Source of the DNA: Macrostomum lignano
Lineage: Eukaryota
Assembly: GCA_002269645.1 (NCBI GenBank)
Contig: NIVC01001095.1
Span: 62,001-126,000, forward strand
Length of the DNA: 64,000 nucleotides
Direction of reading: 5' to 3'
The notes under the pieces are model-generated. The model was given only the letters and a program-made list of their open reading frames with translations, was not told where the DNA came from and did no database searches. Made by a program: the position numbers and the translations under genes. The number at the start of each line of letters is the position of its first letter. Position 1 is the first letter of the stretch. This document shows positions 49,534 to 61,400 of the stretch, one piece after another.

Positions 49534-50887
49534 TTACATAGTTAATTGCACAACGATGATGCAGACAGCAGCCAGCAGCAGCAGCGGTAGCCAGGGTCTT
49601 AGAGAAGCCGCGCCATCGAATTGCGTTGGATCAAATGCGAAACAGGCCACGTTGTCTTCTTGAACGGCGAAATTGTTGCCTCGGCAGAAATCTTCCCCAT
49701 TCTTGAAGGCTTTCCCTGCAGTAATATAAGTACATGTATTAATAAGTATAAATAACGAGTTATCGTGTGTACATGTATAAGAGGTTTTAGCTAAATGGTG
49801 CGAAGACCCCTCACTCGCACTCACCAAATTCCAACCCGTTCATGACAGCCGATCGACAGTGACTGTAGATGTCATCGCAGAATGACTTGCAGACGAATAC
49901 TTTGCTGGGAATTCGAATAAACTTTTCACGATGATAGAAGTTTGAACATTTTTACAGGAGCAAAAGCCTGTTAGGAAAAAAAATAATAATGGAGCATTTA
50001 CTTACTTATCCCTGAACCAAAAGTGCTGCTCTGGACTACAAAAGTAGCACAGCAGGTAGCGCAGCATATCGTAACACCGTCTACTCTGGCCCTCCAACTT
50101 TGACAGCAGTGAGCTGAAGACAGATGTGACTTCAATGCGTTTGCAGCAGGCATTGCGGTTGTACCAGTAGCAGTTCACCAGGCTGCTCTCCGGTACTGAG
50201 TACCTGGTGCCAGCTAGGAAAGGAGAATAAGTTAAAACCATATATTAAACTTATAAAGATTTATGACTACTTTCAGTGTACGAGTATCAAGTTATAAGTT
50301 GTAGTAGGTAATAACTAAAGCTTAAAATTAGTATCTAATTTAGTATATTTGGATTATCTATAAAAAACTGTAGTTATGCGTCTTTAAATGTACAATGTTA
50401 GTCAATCTGCACCCATCTATCATTTAAAAAATTGAGTGTCTTCAAACAAAATGCAACAAATTATACAATGACCCATTTAAATGTCACTACTTGACTAAGT
50501 CAAACAATATCCAAGACCTGGTGCATAGCCAGGATTCACGTAGGGGGGGGGGGGGCAGACTGCAGAGACATAAATCCATCTCCGATGGAAGCGATGTGAG
50601 CAAAATACAGCTAAAGTCAGAAAAAATTTCCCTCCAGGAGGGCCATAATCCTTAGTGCCCCCTTGGCTAAACAACCTATCCAAGACATCTATTTAAAAAA
50701 AACTCATTAATAAATACAAACAAAATGACATACCAAAAAATGTACACTTCGACTTAGTTGATTTGTGGGTCTTTTGGTCTTCCTCTTGTTGTGCAGCTTT
50801 CACCATGCCTTCAGAAATTGTGATTTCTTCTAGTGCAAGTGCGCAGCGAAAAATCAACACAGAAGAGCAGAAGGCAAATAGTTTCAT
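49534..50887 (-). CDS. Folate-receptor-family (Cys-rich Folate_rec-type domain) secreted protein with GPI-type tail, 207 aa. Exons 50887-50734, 50213-50006, 49904-49825, 49715-49534
   Basis: Signal peptide MKLFAFCSSVLIFRCALA. Cys pattern C..CYWYNRNACC..RCYDMLRYLLCYFCSPEQ..VCKSFCDDIYSHC..FC..C. Hydrophobic tail PLLLLAAVCIIVVQLTM*. Four GT-AG exons total 624 nt in frame. The family assignment is from motif recall, not a database search. Confidence 0.8.
50518..50678. mobile_element. Decayed hAT-type MITE, same TIR family, in intron 1 of the folate-receptor-like gene
   Basis: 8-bp TSD TCCAAGAC (50510-50517, 50679-50686). The left end CTGGTGCATAGCCAGG matches CAGGGGCGTAGCCAGG at 13/16 positions; the right end is degenerate. 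Confidence 0.6.
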
Positions 50888-52456
50888 GACCGTTGTTCTA
50901 AGGCGTTAAACTTTGTAAAAAATAAAAGTAACTTTTTCGCACAATCGCAACCCACTGCTAATATACATTCGCCACCCCACAGCACAGGGTCCTCAAGAAA
51001 AACATTGTTTTTAACTAAGTTAAAAATGATGGCTATACATTAGCAAATATAACAAGTTTAAACTTGAGGAAAAAAACAAAAGACAAACAATCGATTAAAC
51101 TGCTAAAAAACAGTTTCAAAGGTTTTCTATAACAAAGTTAACTGTAGAGTACAAATATTATTACTAAGATTTATGTTTCTATAATAAAATACTCTTTTTT
51201 AAACGGACAAGATTTGATTCATATTTGTGAAGCACGCACTCCATAAAACGTAGTTCATTTGACAGGGAAGGAAGGCATGAGCCGTTTTCAGGATTCAGTA
51301 CCTATTGAAATAAATGATTGAAAACCCTTGCAGCACATAAAACTAATACATGAGCATACAATATTGATAATTTTACTTAAGTGAAGATTCATGGTTATTT
51401 CTCTCTCCATGACTTATTCTGTTATTCATTTTACTTTTCACTTTTCAGCTTACTACTTAATACTGTCAGCTATAGAATTTTTTTGCTCTGTTGTTAATTT
51501 ATGAGTCTTTTAGTTAGTTTCACGCTCAAAGTTTTCGAAAAAAATTTACTTCGAAATTAAAATTTTTAGTTCCTTCGACGATGGTATTAAAAGGAGGAAG
51601 CAAGTGGTGGCGAAGTAGTCACATTCACCATACAATTTGCTGTAAAAACAAAATTTTAATTTAATTTTGCTACAATACTAATCTAATCGTAGTAGTAAAC
51701 ATAATCTTATGTTATTTATTGGCACAACTTATTCACCCTTTTATTGTTTTTTTACCCTATACAAAAAATACTTTGATATGTAATTATATATAGTCTTATC
51801 CACAAAAAGTCCAGCTTTTTTATCCCGAGGATTGCATTATACTATATAGACCTTTTTATGTGAAATGCCCTCCAAATTAGCACTATTTATAACATAAGCG
51901 CAAGTGCAGCAATTAAAACAAGGCATGAATTAAATGGAATAAATTTTATTTTGGAAAGCAATGGAATTTTATGATTTCTTTTTAAATTTAAACATAATTA
52001 ATTTCTTTTTTAGTTTAAAATCATTTTTTACTTTTGCATTAAAAATTTATCCTAAATGATAACCTTGGATTAGTTTATGTGATTTTAGAAAGTCTTTTAT
52101 ATGTGTATCATATTATTGATAATGATTTGGTCTCTGCCATTTGACAATTTAGCAGTTTTCAAAATTTTAACAAATCATAATATTGCTATCAGTGTTTACA
52201 TCCTTATTACAAGTGTAAGTAGTAGAATTATTGAATTATTTATAGTCTAACTGCCTACAAGGAGACAAGCCTAAGTAATTGATTAACAAGCAAATTTTCT
52301 AGTGATATTAACAAATAAAATCATATAAAATTTTATTTCTGAAATTACGATCTAGAAATGTTGTTCCGATTTATAGCCACCTTTCTTATTTCAGTCGTTT
52401 ACTTAATCAAACAAGCTATTCAAAACAAACAACTATATTGAACTGAAATTTGAACA

Positions 52457-55400
52457 ATGACTGAAGGAGGCGGAACTGGAAGAATGAGTGACTCGTTGGT
52501 GATCAACTTTCTGCGCATTCGAAATCTGGTAAGAGTTTTTAATTAACAATCAGGATTCTACCAGAAAAAACTGTTTTAATCCATAAATTTTCAGTTTATT
52601 TTTGAAAATGGAGGAAACATAAAAAATACTCAATACCCAATGGAAATCCCAACCGAAATCCCAACCGAAATCCCAACCGAAATCCAACCGAAATCCCAAC
52701 TAAAATCCCAACACAACAGCGCGGCACCAAAGGCGACCTTGTGAGCTCAACCCTGAAGGTGGAATTCGCCGAGAAGGTGCTGGGCGAGTCGCCCAAGATG
52801 GAGTGCAGCCCGGACGCCGAGGCTGAGTACAATTTCCAGGTGAAACTGCCCTGTTCTGTTGACGACGTCCAATTTCTTGACGAGATTTGCTACAAGCCGG
52901 TGCTTTGCACCGTCACCGAGGTTCTGCCAAAGGAGAAAAAGCAGAAGGACGAGAAGACTGTACCGCTCGGACAGGTTTCCTTCGATCTTCTGCCCATGGT
53001 GCGGGGTGCGACCAGACACAGCTGCACACTGCAGGTAAAATATTTTACATTCAATTTGGTTTACAATACATGTCCTTATCACTTTACTAAGAGTTGGACA
53101 GTTGCCATTTAGCTTATCTACAGTTGGAATTATTCATTCTGTAATCTTTTTGGGGTCGCACCCCTCAACCACGTTCATGGGGCCGCAACCACTTTCTCCA
53201 GTTTATGAGGCCGCAACCCCCCTCCTCCAGTTTATGAAGCCACAACCTTCTCCTCCAGTTTATGGAGCCACAACCCGGCCACCCCCTCCTCCAGTTTATG
53301 GGGACGCAACCCCTCCTCCAGTTTATGGGGCCGCAACCCCCTTCTCGAGTTTATGAAGTTTATGCGGCCGCCAACTCAACTTCTATCCTTTGAGGCCCAA
53401 GAAGTACAATTGCACAAAGCCGCCAACCAATCTTTTATCTCATGCAGATCAACGCCATACCCGGCTCACCGCTCGAGTCGCTGCCAGCTGATTCACCAAA
53501 ACCTGAGCTGGACGTTCTCCTAACCATCGACCAGCCGCTCATTGGCGAAGCCCTCCAACAGGAGACCAACTTGGTCGGCGTCACAGTGGAGTCTTTGTAC
53601 TCGCCGCCGGACTCGTTCAGTCCTAGCGGGCCGCAGGGCGGCTACGTTGCGGCTACGGCGATGCCATACGCGCCAGATCGGGACCTGCCGCTTGTGTTCA
53701 TCAACGGCAACGCCAAAGCAACGCCGGATAAGGAGCCGCCAAGTCGTCGACGTCGCTGGTACTTGCCGGGCTCGGCGCAGGGCCAGGCGGTGTACATGCC
53801 CGACCAGGAGATCGGCGCCGATGCCGTCGAAGACGAAGACGGCGACCTGCGCTCGCCTGAGGAACGCGAATTCCGACACGCAGCTGAGAGCGAGAAACCG
53901 AGAGTCACTTGGAATACGACTAAGAACTGTTTCGTTGGTCAGGATGGTCTTAAAGTGTGAGTAATTTTGCTTTAACGGTTTAGCAACCGTGAGTTTTAAT
54001 TTTTCTAGAATAATCTACAGGTTATTTGCCCTGGGTCTTCTGGCTGAGTCACGTGAAGTTTTATTTCCCCGAGGGCTAAAAATTTCTCTGGCTAGCTTAG
54101 CGAGTCATTTGGTTTTATTGCCCTTGGGCTGGGCGTTCTCTGGCTAGCTTAGCGAGTCATGTAGTTTTATTGCCCTGGGCTGGGGGATGCTCTGGCTAGT
54201 TTAGCGAGTCATGGAGTTTTATTGCCCTGGGCTGGGCGTTCTCTGGCTAGCTTAGCGAGTCTTGTGGTTTTATTGCCCTGGGCTGGGCGTTCTCTGGCTA
54301 GCTTAGCGAGTCATGGAGTTTTATTGCCCTAGGCTGGGCGTTCTCTGGCTAGCTTAGCAAGTCATGTGGTTTTATTGCCCTGGGCTGGGCGTTCTCTGGC
54401 TAGCTTAGCGAGTCTTGTGGTTTTATTGCCCTGGGCTGGGCGTTCTCTGGCTAGCTTAGCGAGTCATGGAGTTTTATTGCCCTAGGCTGGGCGTTCTCTG
54501 GCTAGCTTAGCGAGTCATGTGGTTTTATTGCCCTGGGCTGGGCGTTCTCTGGCTAGCTTAGCGAGTCATGGAGTTTTATTGCCCTAGGCTGGGCGTTCTC
54601 TGGCTAGCTTAGCAAGTCATGTGGTTTTATTTCCCTGGGCTGGGCGATGCTTTTGTTAGCTTAGCGAGTCATGTGGTTTTATTGCCCTGGGCTGGGCGAT
54701 GCTCTTGTTAGCTTAGCGAGTCATGTGGTTTTATTGCTTTTGTGTTTTAGCTAATTTAATCAAAATCCATGCTTTTTGCTTGAATCGATTCCTCATCAAA
54801 CCAAATCTCAAACAGAATCCAAGATCGAATTGCGCGCACCAGAGTTTGGCCCGTTGAGATTTTCCGCTTAAACCAGGGCACCGGTGGGCGCGGAAAGAAG
54901 GTAAACCAATAAACAGCTTGTAAAACTGGTTTAGCACTGTTTTTTAAGCCATCTACTAGGCAGTTTGGATACAGCATACTGTTCACCCGTTCCCTTTGCA
55001 GCCCTCTAAGGTAACTAAATTGATGGCAAATGCATAATTAAGTTCGCCTGTAGTAGTTTAATTGTTTTTGTTTGCAACTGCTCTCTGTTTATACTGCCCT
55101 TGGTCGCATTGTTTGTGTTTGTCCTACTGTTGAGTAGTATACAGGAAATGAATTCGACAAGAAATCAGTTTTCCTTCAGCTTTGCTTTTTACGTTTGCTT
55201 CATTTATTTCGTCAGGAACTATTTGCGTCTATGACAAAGTGCATTCTCAATTTGTGTCTTTTCATAATCGCTTAATTAAGTTATCAATTCAAAATGTTTA
55301 GACCATTTCCTTGAAATGCAAAATGCCCTACTCATAGTAGCACAGAGTGTCTAGAAAAAGTAATATCATAACTATTTTCGGTACACTAAAAGATGGGAGG

Positions 55401-58400
55401 AAAACAGCAACTGACGGTGCGAGCTCAATCGAGATTGCTTCACAGCGCATCTACGGAGAGTCTGGCGGCCCTGTCAGACAAAAGTGTAATCGAGTTTTTT
55501 TGCTTATAATCCTTACTTAAGTAGTCCCATCATCCACAGGTGCAAAAGAGTTCAGCTGCAGCTTTCAAAGCCAATAATTAAGTTTAAAACTCAGCGAAAT
55601 CGGCGTTCCAATCGCTTAGAAATTTTGACGATTCTTGAACGCGCGTAATTATTACGGACTCGATTGATGCTACTTTAATCAATGCCAGTAGCAATATGTG
55701 AGTTTTTTGTTATTTTTAAGCTGGCGCAGCCAAAACAGACTATATAGTGCTTTATAAGATGCGTGATTTTTTGTTTCAAATTAATGATAAATATAGGACG
55801 CTCCGGACGAGAAGACTCACCATCACGGCAAGACTGGCGGTGGCGGACTGGCAAAGCACCGCCAGTCCATGGCGCAAATGGCGCCGCCACCGCCAGTAAA
55901 CGAGGATGATAATGTATAAACTCTCCGTTGGTTTTTTTCTAACTATTTCACGCCTACGTCACACGCTACTTGTTATTTTAAATAGTAATTATTGCGTGCA
56001 ATATTGGTTTGGTGATGCGAGTTTAGGTTTTTCATGGCGAAAAAGTGTAGTGTGCATACGAGCGTACGTTAGTAAGGCCTTGAGGGCTTTAAGAGTCATG
56101 AAAGTAATAATTAATCATGATGTTAGATTATCGAAATGGCAGTGGATAGACTTCTGTCTATTCAACCAGTGTACATTATTAGTGTTCAGCAGGGCTTGGA
56201 TGGTAGGGAGAGTGGTAGTTCAATCAACCAGTGTACGCATAGAATCAGTGTACATTGTCTAGCAGGGAGAGTGGTAGCTTAGCCAATCAGTGTACATAGA
56301 ATCAGTGTACATTGTCTAGCAGGGAGAGTGGTAACTTAGCCAATCTGTGTTACATAGAATCATTGTACATTGTCTAGCAGGGAGATCGGTAGCTTACCCA
56401 ATCAGTGTACATAGAATAAGTCAGTGTACGTTGTCTAGCAGGGAGAGTGGTAACTTAGCCAATCAGTGTTACATAGAATCAGTGTACATTGTCTAGCAGC
56501 GAGAGTGGTAACTTAGCCAATCAGTGTTACATAGAATCAGTGTACATTGTCTAGCAGGGAGATCGGTAGCTTACCCAATCAGTGTACATAGAATCAGTCA
56601 GTGTACATTGTCTAGCAGGGAGAGTGGTAACTTAGCCAATCAGTGTTACATAGAATCAGTGTACATTGTCTAGCAGGGAGAGTGGTAACTTTGCCAATCA
56701 GTGTACATAGAATCAGTGTACATTGTCTAGCAGGGAGAGTGGTAGCTTAACCAATCAGTGTACATAGAATCAGTCAGTGTACGGTGAGTCAGTGAATGGA
56801 TTTCAGAACAAAAACTGATTCACTAATTAAAGTACAAAGGATTGCTCTTAGTGTTATATAGTTCAAATAGAATTTACTGATATTTATTTATCATCCATGT
56901 TTTTCACAATCGAAAATAACGAAGTCACATCACAACATACGCTCGTAAAAAAAGTTTTTTAAAGGCTGTCGGTTCACCAACATATTTATTGTATTTCCAA
57001 TGTTTTCACAATTTTTAGTGTTAACTTTCAAAGCTGTTAAACAACTCATACTCACATGTAAAATATAAATATTAGATTACTGTGTATATAAGAGTCAGTT
57101 AACTGTGAATGCATATGTTACTACTGTACTTAAAGTAGACACAAAATTCCCGTCTCAATGCATTCATTATAGTAGGGCGTAAGAAAGCAGTAAATAAGTT
57201 TATATAATAAAATTATCGGCATGAATGATTTAAACTTGATTTTTGTTATTGCAAAGCAAATTGTTCGCGTTTGCTACTACAAGTAGTGTAGTTTGTAGTT
57301 CTATATTTATTTTTCATCAAGGCACGCGGATGCTAGTTTAAATTAACATTATTTTTATCTTTTTATCCTGAAATGTTGACAGGTGGAGGAAGATGGTTCC
57401 ATTGGTTTCCATGGCGTTGCCTACGTGAACGCCTCCCCTCTTCTGTATCCTGGAGGTGAGTGACCATTCCACTCAGCGATGATGTCATTAACTGTAAAAT
57501 ATTCTTGCTGACTAAAGACTTAAAACTCACTTCAGTGACCCGAATCAGAGGCGCTTACAGAGTCTATCCCTACATTGAGTCCGAGTACTGCGAAAAGGTG
57601 AGTACTGGAAACTGTTCAATCCCACTCTGTGGGACTTTTTCATCTCTCAAATATTTGAGTCTTCTCCCTCAGTCACTCAGGCCTCCGTAGAAAAAATCTC
57701 CTCCCTCTATATCATCCCGTCTTCACCCTCTATATCACCCCGTCTTCACCCTCTATATCATCCCGTCTTCACCCTCTATATCACCCCGTCTTCACCCTCT
57801 AGATCACCCCGTCTTCACCCTCTATATCACCCTGTCTTCACCCTCTAGATCACCGTGTCTTCACCCTCTAGATCACCGTGTCTTCTCTCTCTGAATCCCT
57901 CTGTCTTCACCCTCTAGATTACCTTGTCGTTTCCCTCTAGATAACCCTGTCTTCTCCCTCTAGATAACCGTCTCTTCTTTGTCTGGATCCTCCTGTCTTC
58001 TCTTTCCATCCTGTCTTCTGCCTCTAGATCAACCTTCTTCTCCCTCTCGTACACCTTTTTTCTCCCTCTAGATCACTCTGTCTTCTTCCTACCTACTCTT
58101 AGCATGTCTTTGCCCTCTAACACTACCCTCCGCATAATATCGCCGCAATATTTTATTGTATTTAATATCCAATAGTACATTTACCAATCCTTCCCCTTCC
58201 AGACCAAGCGCAAAAGCGGCCTGGGCGAGGAGGCGGGCCGGATCGCGGTGAACTACATGTACCGGGCCAGCGCCACCCCGACTGGCAAGAAGGGCGACAA
58301 GGCGGCTGATAAGAAGGCCGCCGGAGCCCCGGCTGACAAAGCTGCGACCGGAGCTGCCGCCGCCGCTGCCGCCGATAAGAAGCCGCAGGTGAGCACATGA

Positions 58401-61400
58401 GATTTATGAGATTCATGAGATTTCTATCATGAGATTCCTATCATGATGTTCATGAGATTCCTATCATGATGTTCATGAGATTCCTATCATGAGATTCATG
58501 AGATTTTTATCATGAGATTCATCAGATTCATATCATGAGATTCATCAGATTTTTATCATGAGATTCATCAGATTCATATCATGAGATTCATCAGATTCAT
58601 ATCATGAGATTCATGAGATTCATATCATGAGATTCATCAGATTCATATCATGAGATTCATCAGATTCATATCATGAGATTCATCAGATTCATATCATGAG
58701 ATTCATCAGATTCATATCATGAGATTCATGAGATTCATATCATGAGATTCATGAGATTCATATCATGAGATTCATGAGATTCATATCATGAGATTCATCA
58801 GATTCATATCATGAGATTCATCAGATTCATATCATGAGATTCATCAGATTCATATCATGAGATTCATGAGATTCATATCATGAGATTCATGAGATTCATA
58901 TCATGAGATTCATCAGATTCATATCATGAGATTCATCAGATTCATATCATGAGATTCATCAGATTCATATCATGAGATTCATGAGATTCATATCATGAGA
59001 TTCATGAGATTCATATCATGAGATTCATGAGATTCATATCATGAGATTCATCAGATTCATATCATGAGATTCATGAGATTCATATCATGAGATTCATGAG
59101 ATTCATATCATGAGATTCATGAGATTCATATCATGAGATTCATGAGATTCATATCATGAGATTCATCAGATTCATATCATGAGATTCATGAGATTCATAT
59201 CATGAGATTCATGAGATTCATATCATGAGATTCATGAGATTCATATCATGAGATTCATCAGATTCATATCATGAGATTCATCAGATTCATATCATGAGAT
59301 TCATCAGATTCATATCATGAGATTCATCAGATTCATATCATGAGATTCATCAGATTCATATCATGAGATTCATGAGATTCATATCATGAGATTCATGAGA
59401 TTCATATCATGAGATTCATCAGATTCATATCATGAGATTCATCAGATTCATATCATGAGATTCATGAGATTCATATCATGAGATTCATGAGATTCCTATC
59501 ATGAGATTCATGAGATTCCTATCATGAGATTCATGAGATTCATATCATGAGATTCATGAGATTCCTATCATGAGATTCATGAGATTCCTATCATGAGATT
59601 CATGAGATTCCTATCATGAGATTCATGAGATTCATGAGATTCATATCATGAGATTCATGAGATTCCTATCATGAGATTCATGAGATTCCTATCATGAGAT
59701 TCATGAGATTCCTATCATGAGATTCATGAGATTCCTATCATGAGATTCATGAGATTCCTATCATGAGATTCATGAGATTCCTATCATGAGATTCATGAGA
59801 TTCATGAGATTCATGAGATTCACATCCACTCTGCACTTTTGTGACTTCTTGAATAACAGGAAAAGTTTCAAGCAGATTAGCTGGAGCTTAAAGAAGCCGT
59901 GAAATAGATGCACCCGCCTGCACAGCATTATTTTTATTTTGGGAACACTTTAACAAACGGTATATGACGTCATATTCCGAAACACATATCGAATCTAAGA
60001 CTTGAATTAACATCGAAACCAACAATTTTCGATGCGTCAGGAGATTCGCGCCGCAAGCCGGAGGGGCTCTGTGTTCAGAGTGCCACCCACTATGGTAAAA
60101 TATTGAATTAGTGTTGCATATGGTAGTGGATCAATTATCTAGCTGGTACATACATTCTACAAATTGTACAAAAAATCGTCCTAATTAATGCCAGTGTAAA
60201 AGATTCTTCGAAATTCGACTTTCTTGGCTCATTTTGAGTTTCTGTATCTACTGCTATCCATATTCGATGTCATTTTTCAATGCATGCAATGACCTTCGAT
60301 TTGTGTGCTTATTATTTCAAACCCATTTGTCTGCTTTGATATTCAGCTTTTTGCACCCTTCAGGGCTCTTTCATCGATCTCGTCTCTGATTTTCCGTGAA
60401 TGTTCTTAATCAAAAACTTGTCTGTGCCGGCAGTTCACATTCTTCTAGAACGGTGTTTTTTGGTTTAAGTCATTGCTACATTTAAATGTGTTTTACGAAT
60501 TTGCGTTAAAAATTCCGGCTTTTCGAGCGAATTCAAACAAATTAAAAAACATTGCATTAGTCGCAAGATTGCTTCCCCATGTATATTAACATACATATAT
60601 TGCATCTAAATGCCGTTTGTTTATCCTAGCTACGCAAAACCACAGATACTAAAATAACTAGATGGGCCACTCAGGCATATATACTTAGTAAAACAGCTTT
60701 CTACTTTCAGTTCAGTAGCAAGGAAGTATACATAAGCTATTTTATAAAAATAAAGGCAGCTGAAATGACTTTGATAAGTTTAGAAGCCCAAGCTTGCAGG
60801 CGTAAACAACTTGCTAATTGGTTCGGCAGTAATGTACATTAGCCAGTCCACTGAAATGTACATGGCCGCTTTAGGCTGGAATCCCGAGAAAGGCAATAAA
60901 AATTAGGGTGGGGCGGGGCGAGGGGGGTAGTGTGGAAAGGCGCGGTTGGAGGTTTAAGTGGGGGAGGGGGGGTAAGAGCAATAAATGAGCCTTGGCTTTA
61001 AAAATACATTAAAATGCTTCTGTTTAACTTGCTACTGAACTGAAAGTAGCTTACACGCAAATGTGCTGAGTGGCCCATCTGGTTATTCTAGTATCTGTGC
61101 GCAAAACCGAATTAACCCAGGCTTTGCATGAGTCTGCTAAAATATTTCGTGGAAAAAACACAGTTATTTGACAATTCTTCAAGCTTCTTTCTCAAAATTT
61201 GAAAAGATTATTTGCATAAAATTGACACTATACTACTTGTAGCGCGTCGCTTTTCGCCAGCAACAACAGCAGCAGCAGTCTATCAATACAGCGACAGGCA
61301 ATTTAAAAGTAAAATTAAAATAGCCAATGTACTTTTAATGCAATCCCTGTTGAACTATCGGATTCAGTTCAACCTAAATAAAAACCGCACACAAAATTCC

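Noticed and set aside
57405-57416. X-box-like GTTTCCATGGCG in CFAP70
   Set aside because: The right half-site is incomplete, and it lies in a conserved coding exon (GFHGV).
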